A DNA stretch of 64,000 nucleotides from an uncultured Gammaproteobacteria bacterium (GTDB lineage: Bacteria > Patescibacteriota > Microgenomatia > Levybacterales > UBA12049): positions 82,098-146,097 of the forward strand of contig CAZCYO010000004.1 in NCBI GenBank assembly GCA_964503265.1, given 5' to 3'. A program made the position numbers and the translations under genes. Under the pieces are notes generated by a model. The model made no database searches and had not been told where the DNA came from. It saw only the letters and a list, made by a program, of their open reading frames with translations. Of this stretch, positions 30,201 through 39,951 are shown piece after piece; the first letter of the stretch is position 1; each line of letters begins with the position of its first letter.

Positions 30201-30663
30201 AATGAGAAATACCGGCAATCATACCATCTACACCTATGCAATTAGCGCTGGAGATGTAACACACATCCTCATTCCAAATTCAGGGCAAGCTTTTTCACTT
30301 GGGAATAAAGATCCATATGGCTTTCCTGACTATGTTGATACCACCGGACGAGCACTCGGGTGGGTTTGTGACCCAGATGATTTTAACCAAGCAGTCACCG
30401 TTCATTTCTACCTCGACGGCCCAGTTGGGCAAGGAACGTTTATCGGGCAAGCTACTGCGAGTATTCCAGATGAGAAAGCAGTTGGCTACTTCTGTGGTGG
30501 AGTAAATGCACATCGTTTCGCTTGGACACTCCCAGAAAGCGCGCTCACTGGATCACATCAACTTTATGTATATGGCAGTAATATTGGAACTGGAAATACA
30601 CAGCTCCTTGGTGGAGGCCCTATTTCAACAACTGATCGTAAGCAAGCCCCAGCGGGACTATAA
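27261..30663 (+). CDS. Surface FAD-dependent oxidoreductase-domain protein (paralogue 2) with three C-terminal ~120-aa GW(G/A/V)CD repeats
   Basis: The start is taken at MKKHIHH… after the upstream stop; the track ORF 27082 overlaps the previous gene. It has the same TM + DVVVVGGGTGGVSAAIQAAR…WIGGQ domain as 23328. The C-terminal repeats are GWGCDVDATNH…FYADGGGFGTF…, GWACDKANNS…IYIDGGGFGQF…, GWVCDPDDFNQ…FYLDGPVGQGTF…. Confidence 0.6.
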
Positions 30664-30709
30664 ATAGTAAATAAAGCTTGACAAATAAAGACAATTTTCT
30701 CATGATAGA

Positions 30710-33616
30710 GTGAGCGCGATAACCTATATTAGCATGATTGATAGACATACGTTTAAACATCTTCCAGCACTAGTAAAAAAAGCTAAATATTATCCATTCG
30801 TTACACGCCATAAAAAATCTAGTTTATTTATCCTCCTTCTCCTAGTAACTATTCTTCCGATAAGTATTCTCTTCTCACTTCAACGAACAAGAATTTCAAG
30901 TAATGCAAACAGTACGCTCTCGTACGATATCGTCATCGTTGGCGGTGGAACTGGTGGTGTGAGTGCTGCAATTCAAGCTGCCAGACAAGGAACACGTGTC
31001 GCTATCGTTGAACCAACTGATTGGCTAGGTGGACAAATGAGTGCTGCTGGCGTATCCACTATGGATGAAGGATACAGTCGATCTGGTGTAATCATTGAAA
31101 GAAGTTCAGGAATTTATCGTGAATTTACCCAAAAAGTAATTAGTAAATATAATGGACTCGCATATATGCATAAATGTTATTGGGCCGCTGATTCACTTTG
31201 TATTGAACCAAGTGTCGCGAAAAATGTATTAGGAGAAATGGTAACGAGTACCGGTAATATTGATATCTATTACCGAACGAAAGTTACGCAAGTCCAGAAG
31301 ACTGGTAATACAATAACTGGTGTGCTGACTCACTCAACTGCCTCAAACGATGATAATATTCTTGAGGCAAAAATTGTAATCGACGCAACAGAATATGGAG
31401 ATGTTATACCATTAACAGGAGCTGATTATCGTCTTGGCAAATATGTCGCAAGTAGTGGTATTAACGAAAGCGTCTTAAATACATGTATGCAGGACATTAC
31501 CTATCCTGCGACAATTAAACGCTACGATAATGGCATTCCAGCAAATTTACAGATTACACAAGAGCCACCTAACTACCAAGCTGCACGATCACTCTTTATA
31601 CAAGATGTCTCTAAATCTACAGCGCCGGGAGTATCTGATAATCCTCCCTGGTCTTTCACCCAGTTTTTAGGGTACAGAGGCATACCAGATAAATCTCGAC
31701 CGTCTACATCAACACCCACGACAGTCGCAGGACTACAAAGCATTACAAAGACAGGGATAAATGTATCAGGAAATGACATCGCTGAGTCCCTTCGATTTAT
31801 CCAAGATACTACTTTTAGACAAAACCAAAGTTGCGAAGCAAAATTGCGAACGATTCAATATATTTATTACATTCAAAAAGAACTAAACCAACCATGGTCA
31901 GTCGCAGATGATGAGGGGTTTGATACGCTATATAACACTACAGATAACAACTGCACGAATATTCCAGCTGCATTTAAAGAAATTGAGAAGCGCTTACCAC
32001 TTGCACCATACGTTCGAGAAAGCAGGCGCATTATTGGACTAACTACATTAACCTCATATCAGATTCAAGCACAAAAAGACTCTGACCATAAAACAGTCGC
32101 ATCTGTTAAGCCAACTTCATTTGAAAATAGTATCGCCGTTGGTGGATATAATATGGATTTACATAATTGTAATACCTCATCTACCATCGATCCATCAATT
32201 GATAGCACAGGCAGTGTGAATGGTAATCATGAAAAGTTCCAAGTTCCCCTTGAATCACTCATTCCAGCCTCAATTGATGGTTTTTTAGTTGCAGAGAAAA
32301 ATATATCTCAAAGTAGAATAGCAAACGGTGCAACCAGACTTCAGCCAATTACGATGTTGACTGGACAGGCTGCCGGAGCGCTTGCTGCAATTTCCGTTAA
32401 AACTAACCGTCAACCACGTTCTGTTGTCCCAATTGAAGTACAGAGTATTCTTCTTGATGGGAAAGCGCCAATTTCCCTCTATGACACAGTCGATGTAACA
32501 CCAGATAACACTCGCTGGAAAGCAATCCAGATCATCTCTAACTATAATATTATGGTAGGCTATGGTGATGGGAGGTTTGGTCCAGATGACGCAATGACTC
32601 GTGGAACAATGGCGATTGTGTTAACCCGTCTCCTGCAAATCCCAACAGATAATACACCTCTTGATGCATACAATAAATTAAAAGAGAAAGGCATTACCAC
32701 TGCTGCATCATACACAGAATTTGGACCAAATAGTCAGCTCTTAAAAGGTGAACTAGCACTTTTCATAGCCAGAAGCTTAAATCAATTCCCAGCAGATGGA
32801 CCTGAAGCCATAACATACCTACAAACACTCGGGATTACGCTCGGTTGCAATGGAGCAACTCCTTCATCATGCAACACTCAAACAAGTAGTAGAGCTGACA
32901 TGGCAGAAGCAGTATCTGCTACATTAATCTATATCAAAATTAATAAAGGAACTGGAGAAATCACACCACAACCGACACAAGTCGTTAGTACTCCAGTTCC
33001 CACAACAATCAGTATCAGTCCAACTACAGAACCAACAACAGCTATCGCTTGCCCAACTGAGATTCAAGGATTTTATGATGTCCCATCAGACTACCAACCT
33101 GCAACGAAATGTTTTAATGAACGCTATTGTATCGTTCGTGGATTTTCAGCACACATGCTTGGACCTGATGACATCTTAACTCGTGCTCAGTATGTGGCAT
33201 TTATCTTACGATATCACGATCAAATTGTCGGAGACTGGTCGCTTATGGGTCAAAATGAAGTAAACGCATTACCTAAATATCCTAATAAAATAACAAATCT
33301 AGAAACTGGTAAACAACAATTTCTCTTTTCTGATGTCGATCCATCAAATTCACTTGCGCGCGAAATCTATACCTCACAAAAATATGGATTCATCCAAGGA
33401 TACCAAGATGGAACATTTCTCCCTGATGAACAGTGGTATTTTGGTTTCCACGGCGTAACGCGAAATGACGAATGGCCACTTGGATCACCGTATACATTCA
33501 CTCAAGTAGGGGATCGTGTAAAACGAATCGACTTTCTACGAGGTCTTTATACCTATGGTAAGTATCACAATACGCTTCCTGCCTGTAATGATCTTCCAAC
33601 TATCCAATATCCGTAG
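30710..33616 (+). CDS. Surface FAD-dependent oxidoreductase-domain protein (paralogue 3) with C-terminal SLH-like modules
   Basis: TM + DIVIVGGGTGGVSAAIQAARQGTRVAIVEPTDWLGGQ. The C-terminus has CIVRGFSAHMLGPDDILTRAQYVAFILRYH and GFIQGYQDGTFLP (SLH-like), homologous to the C-terminal part of 20504. Confidence 0.6.
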   Translation: MSAITYISMIDRHTFKHLPALVKKAKYYPFVTRHKKSSLFILLLLVTILPISILFSLQRTRISSNANSTLSYDIVIVGGGTGGVSAAIQAARQGTRVAIVEPTDWLGGQMSAAGVSTMDEGYSRSGVIIERSSGIYREFTQKVISKYNGLAYMHKCYWAADSLCIEPSVAKNVLGEMVTSTGNIDIYYRTKVTQVQKTGNTITGVLTHSTASNDDNILEAKIVIDATEYGDVIPLTGADYRLGKYVASSGINESVLNTCMQDITYPATIKRYDNGIPANLQITQEPPNYQAARSLFIQDVSKSTAPGVSDNPPWSFTQFLGYRGIPDKSRPSTSTPTTVAGLQSITKTGINVSGNDIAESLRFIQDTTFRQNQSCEAKLRTIQYIYYIQKELNQPWSVADDEGFDTLYNTTDNNCTNIPAAFKEIEKRLPLAPYVRESRRIIGLTTLTSYQIQAQKDSDHKTVASVKPTSFENSIAVGGYNMDLHNCNTSSTIDPSIDSTGSVNGNHEKFQVPLESLIPASIDGFLVAEKNISQSRIANGATRLQPITMLTGQAAGALAAISVKTNRQPRSVVPIEVQSILLDGKAPISLYDTVDVTPDNTRWKAIQIISNYNIMVGYGDGRFGPDDAMTRGTMAIVLTRLLQIPTDNTPLDAYNKLKEKGITTAASYTEFGPNSQLLKGELALFIARSLNQFPADGPEAITYLQTLGITLGCNGATPSSCNTQTSSRADMAEAVSATLIYIKINKGTGEITPQPTQVVSTPVPTTISISPTTEPTTAIACPTEIQGFYDVPSDYQPATKCFNERYCIVRGFSAHMLGPDDILTRAQYVAFILRYHDQIVGDWSLMGQNEVNALPKYPNKITNLETGKQQFLFSDVDPSNSLAREIYTSQKYGFIQGYQDGTFLPDEQWYFGFHGVTRNDEWPLGSPYTFTQVGDRVKRIDFLRGLYTYGKYHNTLPACNDLPTIQYP

Positions 33617-34655
33617 GTTCTAAGGAACACTCATTCTCATATCTGCTGATTTCATATGTGACGCACATATAGCAGTTCCATCTAGCCTTAAGTATATCTC
33701 CCTTTACGTATGGTGCTACTTTTAGTACAAGTGAAGAGTAATAATTACAATAAATAAATTACAAGTACATATCGGGATCTAAAATTCCGCTGAATCTAGC
33801 GTAACTAATGATACTAACGTTTGTCAATTCTCATTAGGCCCAAATAATCCATGTCGCAGAATGTTATATTTTTCATGAAAAGTTATGTTACATTAACATT
33901 TTTTTATGTTTCTGGTTTTATAGATTGCTGCTATTTTACAAACCATATTCGATTACTCATCTCTATACATATCAGTAATCCAAAATCGCTATTTATATTC
34001 TGCGACATGAGAATATGAGGCATCTTGGGGAAGTCAGAGTAGGCTATTTACACAGAGAGTCTTTCGTTATTGCTATTTTTAATATGTAAAATCATCATTC
34101 ACCACTTAATTCGTCTTCATGTATCGTTTTTAAGGCATGATGCATTGAGATATGGTTAAATTTATCTACGTACTTGGTCATCTATCCTTGCTTTCGTTAT
34201 TTCTAGGGCATTTGGTGACGTCGACGTTTTTCAGGCACAGTTTCGCAATAAACTATGGCTATAAATAGCGCCGAACATAATTAATGCTCAGAAATGCACT
34301 GTGTGAAAATTGCGAACATTAAATGTGTCCAGAGTAAAACTAGACATTTCACGTTACTGCATATACGAGATGTGTTATATGTTCAGAAATTACCAGATGT
34401 AAAAAGTATTCCGCACAAAAAAACATTTTTTCTAGAAGCGACTTCTCCGATTTTATATTTAATTTTTCACACGCCTTTCATTACGCGTTTTGTGCGTCTA
34501 GGAGAAAGAAAAGGAGAAATTTAGGCACAAGAAAATCCCAGAGTACTCCCCTCTCAAAGTTATCCACATTTCCCTGTGAATAACATTTAAGATATAGTAT
34601 TATTAGGCTCGCCATCCCTGTTGCTTTCGAAAAGCAAGCATACAGCTTCGCACGC

Positions 34656-34685
34656 TTGACTCTTCCCCGCACTCTCTGCTATACT
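34656..34685 (+). promoter_or_regulatory. Putative sigma70-type promoter for rplJ-rplL
   Basis: TTGACT (34656-34661), an 18-nt spacer, then TATACT (34680-34685). Confidence 0.5.
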
Positions 34686-34691
34686 CTCTTC

Positions 34692-34941
34692 ATTCCAAAG
34701 ACAGTAACTCTTGGTTTAAACCAAGCTAAGCTGAATAATCAGAGTTACCGAGGGGCACAAATTAGTTACCGGTTATTAGTTATACGTTATTAGACAAAAT
34801 GTACGTCCAATATTCATTACTAATCACCAATAACCACATATGGCACCTCGAAAGGGTGTCTTTTTTGTTTTAGCTTTGCTAAAACAACCCCTAACGGAGC
34901 CTGAAGGGCGAAGTGGGGTAAAACTATTAAGGAGTTTACCT
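34692..34941 (+). promoter_or_regulatory. Long 5' leader of rplJ (candidate L10(L12)4 autoregulatory leader)
   Basis: ~250-nt untranslated region between the promoter and the rplJ ATG, with RBS aaggag at 34929-34934. L10 leaders are a known autoregulatory element in bacteria. Its structure was not verified here. Confidence 0.4.
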
Positions 34942-35490
34942 ATGAACAATACATCTGAACCAAAAGTAAGTGCTAATAAAGCGAAAAAAGAAGTAATTAT
35001 CGCAGAAATGACCGATATGGTCACTCGTAGTAAAGGGATGGTCTTTACGAACTACACAGGGCTTACGCATCAACAACTAGAAACGATTAAGCGCGCTGTT
35101 AAGAAGCTAGACGGGAATTACGTCGCTGTTAAGAATACACTTCTTCTACGAGCACTTGGTGACGTTACACTCTCAGATGATGATAAGAAAAAGTTTGAAA
35201 ATCCTACAGCTGCTCTCTTCATGTATAACGATGTAGTGGAACCGTTAAAAGTTCTTTCAAAGATGATGAAAGAAACTGAAAAACCTACGATCAAACTTGG
35301 TATTTTCGAAAGCATTGCAGTATCAGATAAAGATGTTCTGAGAATCTCAACACTTCCATCAAAAGACGTACTTCGAGCACAGCTACTTGGTCAAATGATG
35401 TCACCAATCCAAGGACTACATCGAGCATTATCATGGAACATGCAAAAATTTGTAATGACACTGAGTGCTATTGCGAGCAAAAAAGCATAA
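34942..35490 (+). CDS. rplJ: 50S ribosomal protein L10
   Basis: MNNTSEPKVSANKAKKEVIIAEMTDMVTRSKGMVFTNYTGLTHQQLETIKRAV… with an AAGGAG RBS. The track ORF begins further upstream, at 34840, in the leader. Confidence 0.85.
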   Translation: MNNTSEPKVSANKAKKEVIIAEMTDMVTRSKGMVFTNYTGLTHQQLETIKRAVKKLDGNYVAVKNTLLLRALGDVTLSDDDKKKFENPTAALFMYNDVVEPLKVLSKMMKETEKPTIKLGIFESIAVSDKDVLRISTLPSKDVLRAQLLGQMMSPIQGLHRALSWNMQKFVMTLSAIASKKA

Positions 35491-35607
35491 ATCCGAAGCA
35501 CGAAATTCGAAGTTCGAAACAATTGAGAATAACAAAAATTCAAAATAGTTTCGTGTTTCGAAATTCGATTTTCGAACTTACATTTGAAGGGAGGTGAAAC
35601 GAACGTT

Positions 35608-36000
35608 ATGGCAAAAATAAATAAAGAAGATTTAATGAGTGCAATTGAGGAAATGTCCGTACTCGAACTTTCAGACTTAGTGAAAGCTCTTGAGGAGAAA
35701 TTCGGAGTTTCTGCAGCAGCTACAATGATGGCAGCAGCACCAGCAGCAGCTGGAGCAGCAGACGCTGGAGAAGCAGCAGAAGAACAGACAGTATTCAACG
35801 TCGTTCTCACCTCAGCTGGAGCTCAGAAGATTGCTGTTATTAAAGCAATCCGAGAACTCGTCCCAACACTTGGACTTAAGGAAGCTAAAGACCTCGCTGA
35901 CACAGCTCCAAAAGAGATCATGTCTCAGGTTAACAAAGCAACCGCAGAAGAAGCTAAAGCAAAACTTACCGCTGCTGGTGGTACAGTCGAGTTAAAGTAA
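35608..36000 (+). CDS. rplL: 50S ribosomal protein L7/L12
   Basis: [38 protein letters not shown]…Ala/Glu hinge…KEAKDLAD…[17 protein letters not shown] ggaggtg. Confidence 0.9.
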   Translation: MAKINKEDLMSAIEEMSVLELSDLVKALEEKFGVSAAATMMAAAPAAAGAADAGEAAEEQTVFNVVLTSAGAQKIAVIKAIRELVPTLGLKEAKDLADTAPKEIMSQVNKATAEEAKAKLTAAGGTVELK

Positions 36001-36061
36001 CACCTCTGTCATCCTGAACTTGATTCAGGATCCAGATTCGTTAGTACGCGTCTTCACAGAA

Positions 36062-36093
36062 AAAGCATTCGCCAGCTGGCGAATGCTTTTTTA
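36062..36093 (+). terminator. Rho-independent terminator after rplL
   Basis: aaaagcattcgccagctggcgaatgctttttt: a GC-rich 9-bp stem followed by a T-run. Confidence 0.6.
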
Positions 36094-36141
36094 ATGGAAA
36101 TGATCTTGCTTTACTCTCTAAAATCCGCTTAGATAAATTGT

Positions 36142-38046
36142 ATGGCATTTGAAGATAGTGGAAGTGGAGCTTCTGTCCCAAGAACTGATCTCTTAACGGT
36201 TAAATCCGAAGAAGATAGACTTGAAAGTGATGCAGCTGACGTACTGAATGCATTACGAGCACAAGTAACTTCTCCCCTTTTTGACGAACGACAAGGAAAG
36301 ATAATAAAAAGAACGATGGATTCTCTGTATCCACTAGTAAATATCACTGCTCAATTAGGTAACGAACGACATACACGTCAGTTGTCAGAAGATGATATTG
36401 TCCGAAATAGCGAAGCTGCATTAGGAATGGACTTCCTTATTGAAGATAAGCTCGCGTTATTAGATGACCAAATTAAAAAGGCTGGTATTATTGGAGGGAA
36501 AGCAGCCACCTACGTTCCAGTTGTAAGACGGCTATCTTCATTACGTGTAGGCATACCAATTAATGGCGTAACACTTAATGATTTAGTGGTTAACCCAGAT
36601 GCAGTTGAGCCTGAGAACTTATTAGAAGTAATGATAGAACTTGGTCAAAGTGTCGGAAGAAAGCAGACTGAAGCAATGGCTCAAAAACATGCTGCTACCT
36701 ATACAGACTACCTTCAATTTCCCGCCAATTCGAAAATAGCTGCATCACTTTCTCTTGCAGGGTTTCTCGTGGCTGGAATATTAACTGATGACACCATTCG
36801 ACGCCTCCCTATTCCTCGTCAATATGCAGAAGAGGCGGGTAAAAAATTAAAGCAATTATATACAGGGACAAAAGCCGTTCAAGAAAGAGGACTACAAATG
36901 ATGCTTACAGGAGATTCGGATTCTGCGAAAAGAATGAGAGCCACATTGCTTACGAATATAGATACCTTAACTGGTTATGAGTTTATGCAGGCTCTTGGTA
37001 TAAGAAGGCATTCTGATATGCAGGGAATTATTCGCCAACTTGACGATTTACCCAAAGACGATTTTACAACGGCTTTAGAAGCAAGAATATTTTCTGAAGT
37101 AGAAGCACTCAATCCTACTGTGGTTTTTTCGACAGAAGATGCGCTTGATTTAGTAGGAGAAGGATCAGGTCCTAAATCCACTATTTCTCTTGAGCAAGCA
37201 GCAAATGCAGCTTCTAAAAGAATAAAAAATAAAGTTTCAATAGACCCTGCTGCACTTACATGGGGAAACGCTCCTCAGCCTGAAGAGATTATTGTTGAAT
37301 CGGGTAGTAACAGAACAAATGGGAGAATTCTGTCTGTTGGCTACGTTTATGCTGATACTGATATTGAAGGTGAACAAGAAGTATTATACTGCGACTACTT
37401 GCTTGATAAAAAAACTTTTGACTGGTCACTGCTCACCTCTCCTACATCTGAGAAGGGTGCACCGATTGCAGCTCATTTTTCCTCGCTGACTGCTCAAGTA
37501 CTTGATCTAGCAGCGCAACCGAAAGCGACAAGACAAACAGAAGTAGCTCCTGAACCAGCGAAAAAATATTTCGCAGAGGTTACTCCCGATCGAGCAGAAA
37601 AAATTAGAGAGCAAAAAATAAGACCCAGAGTCGAAGCCACAAATGCACAGCTTACAAAAGATACTGAGTTTAAACCTTCTGGTCTGCGTTATGAAGTAGC
37701 TCTACCAGATTTATCTGATGACACTGCGAGAAGAAATTTTGAAGACACTATTTTAGCAAATGTGAAACCACAAGATATACCTGCTGTACTTGAATATTTT
37801 GATAAAATCAATAAAGGTGAAATAAACCCTTCAATTGCTGCACTAACAAGTGTTAAAACGAATAATGGCGAACAAGTATTTAAAGACAAGCTCTATACTC
37901 CAAATGGAAGACTTCGTATTTTACATACTATAGCAACAGGAGAAAACGCTAAGCCAGGAGTTATTCGCCTCGTTCCAGGAATAGTGCGATATAGAAATGA
38001 TGTATCTTATGGAAAACGGGGAAGAAAACAGTTAAGAGAGATGTAA
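36142..38046 (+). CDS. Hypothetical 634-aa soluble acidic protein (orphan, occupies the position where rpoB normally follows rplL)
   Basis: Long ORF with no TM segments and no recognisable catalytic motif. It is slightly higher in GC than its surroundings. Confidence 0.45.
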   Translation: MAFEDSGSGASVPRTDLLTVKSEEDRLESDAADVLNALRAQVTSPLFDERQGKIIKRTMDSLYPLVNITAQLGNERHTRQLSEDDIVRNSEAALGMDFLIEDKLALLDDQIKKAGIIGGKAATYVPVVRRLSSLRVGIPINGVTLNDLVVNPDAVEPENLLEVMIELGQSVGRKQTEAMAQKHAATYTDYLQFPANSKIAASLSLAGFLVAGILTDDTIRRLPIPRQYAEEAGKKLKQLYTGTKAVQERGLQMMLTGDSDSAKRMRATLLTNIDTLTGYEFMQALGIRRHSDMQGIIRQLDDLPKDDFTTALEARIFSEVEALNPTVVFSTEDALDLVGEGSGPKSTISLEQAANAASKRIKNKVSIDPAALTWGNAPQPEEIIVESGSNRTNGRILSVGYVYADTDIEGEQEVLYCDYLLDKKTFDWSLLTSPTSEKGAPIAAHFSSLTAQVLDLAAQPKATRQTEVAPEPAKKYFAEVTPDRAEKIREQKIRPRVEATNAQLTKDTEFKPSGLRYEVALPDLSDDTARRNFEDTILANVKPQDIPAVLEYFDKINKGEINPSIAALTSVKTNNGEQVFKDKLYTPNGRLRILHTIATGENAKPGVIRLVPGIVRYRNDVSYGKRGRKQLREM

Positions 38047-38047
38047 G

Positions 38048-38296
38048 TTACTCGCTTTTCTGTTGGATACCTAGAAGCCAGAGGACGGCTTCTTTTTTGT
38101 AGCGGCGGTCGCCACGACTGTTGATGCGAATGGCTGGAAGCTTACCCCGTTTCCCCCATCTCTTAATAGTTAATGGTGACACTCGGAGCACTTCTGCAAC
38201 CTCGCGAACGGTTAATAGATCTGGTAAGTCTTGTATTGATATCTTTTGATCAGCCATAGCCTTGGGACTAGATATTAGTTGTCTATAAGGTAACAA
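38048..38296 (-). CDS. Helix-turn-helix DNA-binding protein, excisionase/MerR-like (HTH_17) family
   Basis: LLTVREVAEVLRVSPLTIKRWGKRGKLPAIRINSRGDRRYKKEAV matches the excisionase-family HTH pattern. It is a paralogue of the 53827 gene. Confidence 0.55.
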   Translation of the reverse strand: MLPYRQLISSPKAMADQKISIQDLPDLLTVREVAEVLRVSPLTIKRWGKRGKLPAIRINSRGDRRYKKEAVLWLLGIQQKSE

Positions 38297-38859
38297 AGTG
38301 GAACAAAGTTGTCAATGAGGAAAACGTATTTCTTCTCGTTTTTGAGAGAAGAAAGCGAATTTTTAATTTGAAATTTTACATTTTTAATCAAATCTACTTA
38401 TGTTACTTTTTAAACTTTGATTTCAAATTTCAAATTAGAAATTGAATAGTAAGGAAAGGTGTGTTTCCGGGAGACAGATCGGTTGGTGGCGTTTAAATGG
38501 GGCGCAATTCGCCCCACAAATACGTCAGTGGCGAAGCCACTTTCCAAATCCGTCTCCCGGTTACGCTTCCCCTAGGTGGGGCTACTTACAGTCTTCGCAT
38601 CTGATTGATCAGGCTCGCCAGGTTGAGGAACCGTCCGCTCCAAGATAGGCACAGGACCCGGGTCGAAGTCTTCGTGATAGGGTCCATCATGGAACCCTGG
38701 AAGATCTCGAACGGTCATACGCTTAGCTGACACAGCGTCAACCAGTTGCTGTTGAGCACGAGCTGGCCGGTTGGTATCCATAGCATCCTCCATCCGTGAT
38801 GACGTGGGACTTCGTTGTCCCGACGTGCCACATCTCTGTGGCGAAGATCAGATCAGAGG

Positions 38860-39285
38860 CTACTTGATGACCTGCCATGGCCGATCTGGCACTGGCATGA
38901 TCACCGGCAGGTGTTGCCGGGGGTCCGTCAAGCTGCGAATAACAGGCGCTGGGAATTCTCCCAACGGTCGCCTGGGAACAGACGTGAACGAAACGGCAGC
39001 ACTTGGTCCGACAGGGCTTCCCCCACCGTCAAAGGCCTGAATGTGCCCTTCTTTGCCGTCAATAACCAGCAGGTACTCACCTGAATCAGGAATTTCGACT
39101 GTTGCGACAGTCGTACTCCCGATAAGGTAATCAACCCGCCTCACACTCGAGATAACACGGCGGACCACAAGGTCATGTGGACTTTTCCGAACCGGAAGTA
39201 CCACAATGCCCCGAGCTTCAACCGACCGTGTCTGTCCTTCAGATTGAAGTGTGCGCACTACAAGTGCGCATACGACAGTATCCAT
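38860..39285 (-). CDS. Hypothetical protein (GC-rich island), 142 aa
   Basis: Start chosen at MDTVVCALV…, preceded by a GGAGGA RBS. The track ORF is longer. It shares a …LLVIDGK… core with the upstream gene. Confidence 0.3.
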   Translation of the reverse strand: MDTVVCALVVRTLQSEGQTRSVEARGIVVLPVRKSPHDLVVRRVISSVRRVDYLIGSTTVATVEIPDSGEYLLVIDGKEGHIQAFDGGGSPVGPSAAVSFTSVPRRPLGEFPAPVIRSLTDPRQHLPVIMPVPDRPWQVIK

Positions 39286-39367
39286 GATTCCTCCAGATAT
39301 ATGAACATTCAATTGGAGACACCATTGTCTCCTCAAGTCACAGCATCGTGAAGAAGTGGACACTACA

Positions 39368-39951
39368 CTAGGGAACGATGATCGGGAATGCCAATGCCTG
39401 GACTGGGGGCTGAGCGCCCTCGAGATACAGCCAGTACATATCATCCCCATCTTCGGACTCTTCGTAGATGACGCCGATCTCCTGATCGGTGTCGCCGTCG
39501 GTGATGATGAGATCTTCGAGATCTCCCAAGACATGGTAGTGCGGATCGAAATTGATCCTCGTCTGCAGAAGAGCACGCCGGGCGCGCCGTTCCTGACCTT
39601 GGGCCTTGTTGCGCTTTTCGCGCTTCTTCAAATTCTGGTGGGTACCAACCGTGAGCTTGCGACTCACAGATTCCCCGTCCTCCGGCGTGAAGATCACAGT
39701 GATATTCACCGGACCACTCATCGGAATGGGAATAGGCGTCGCCACCCGATGGTTAGACCGAGGGTCAACCATGTCATCGAAGAAGGTCTTCCCGTCGATC
39801 ACGACGAGGGCGTTAGACGGCACACGTGCGGCATTCCGCAGGAGGAGAAAGTGGTTATGGCCATTGTTGTTAGCCACGATACCACAGACACCATTCTGGG
39901 ACGTCCGAACTTCGACCGGCTTGTTGCCACGAAGAACAACAACATACATGA
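39368..39951 (-). CDS. Hypothetical protein (GC-rich island), 194 aa with basic linker and acidic C-terminus
   Basis: Start chosen at MYVVVLRGNKPVEV…, preceded by a GGAGGG RBS. Overlapping ORFs in other frames reflect the high GC content. Confidence 0.35.
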
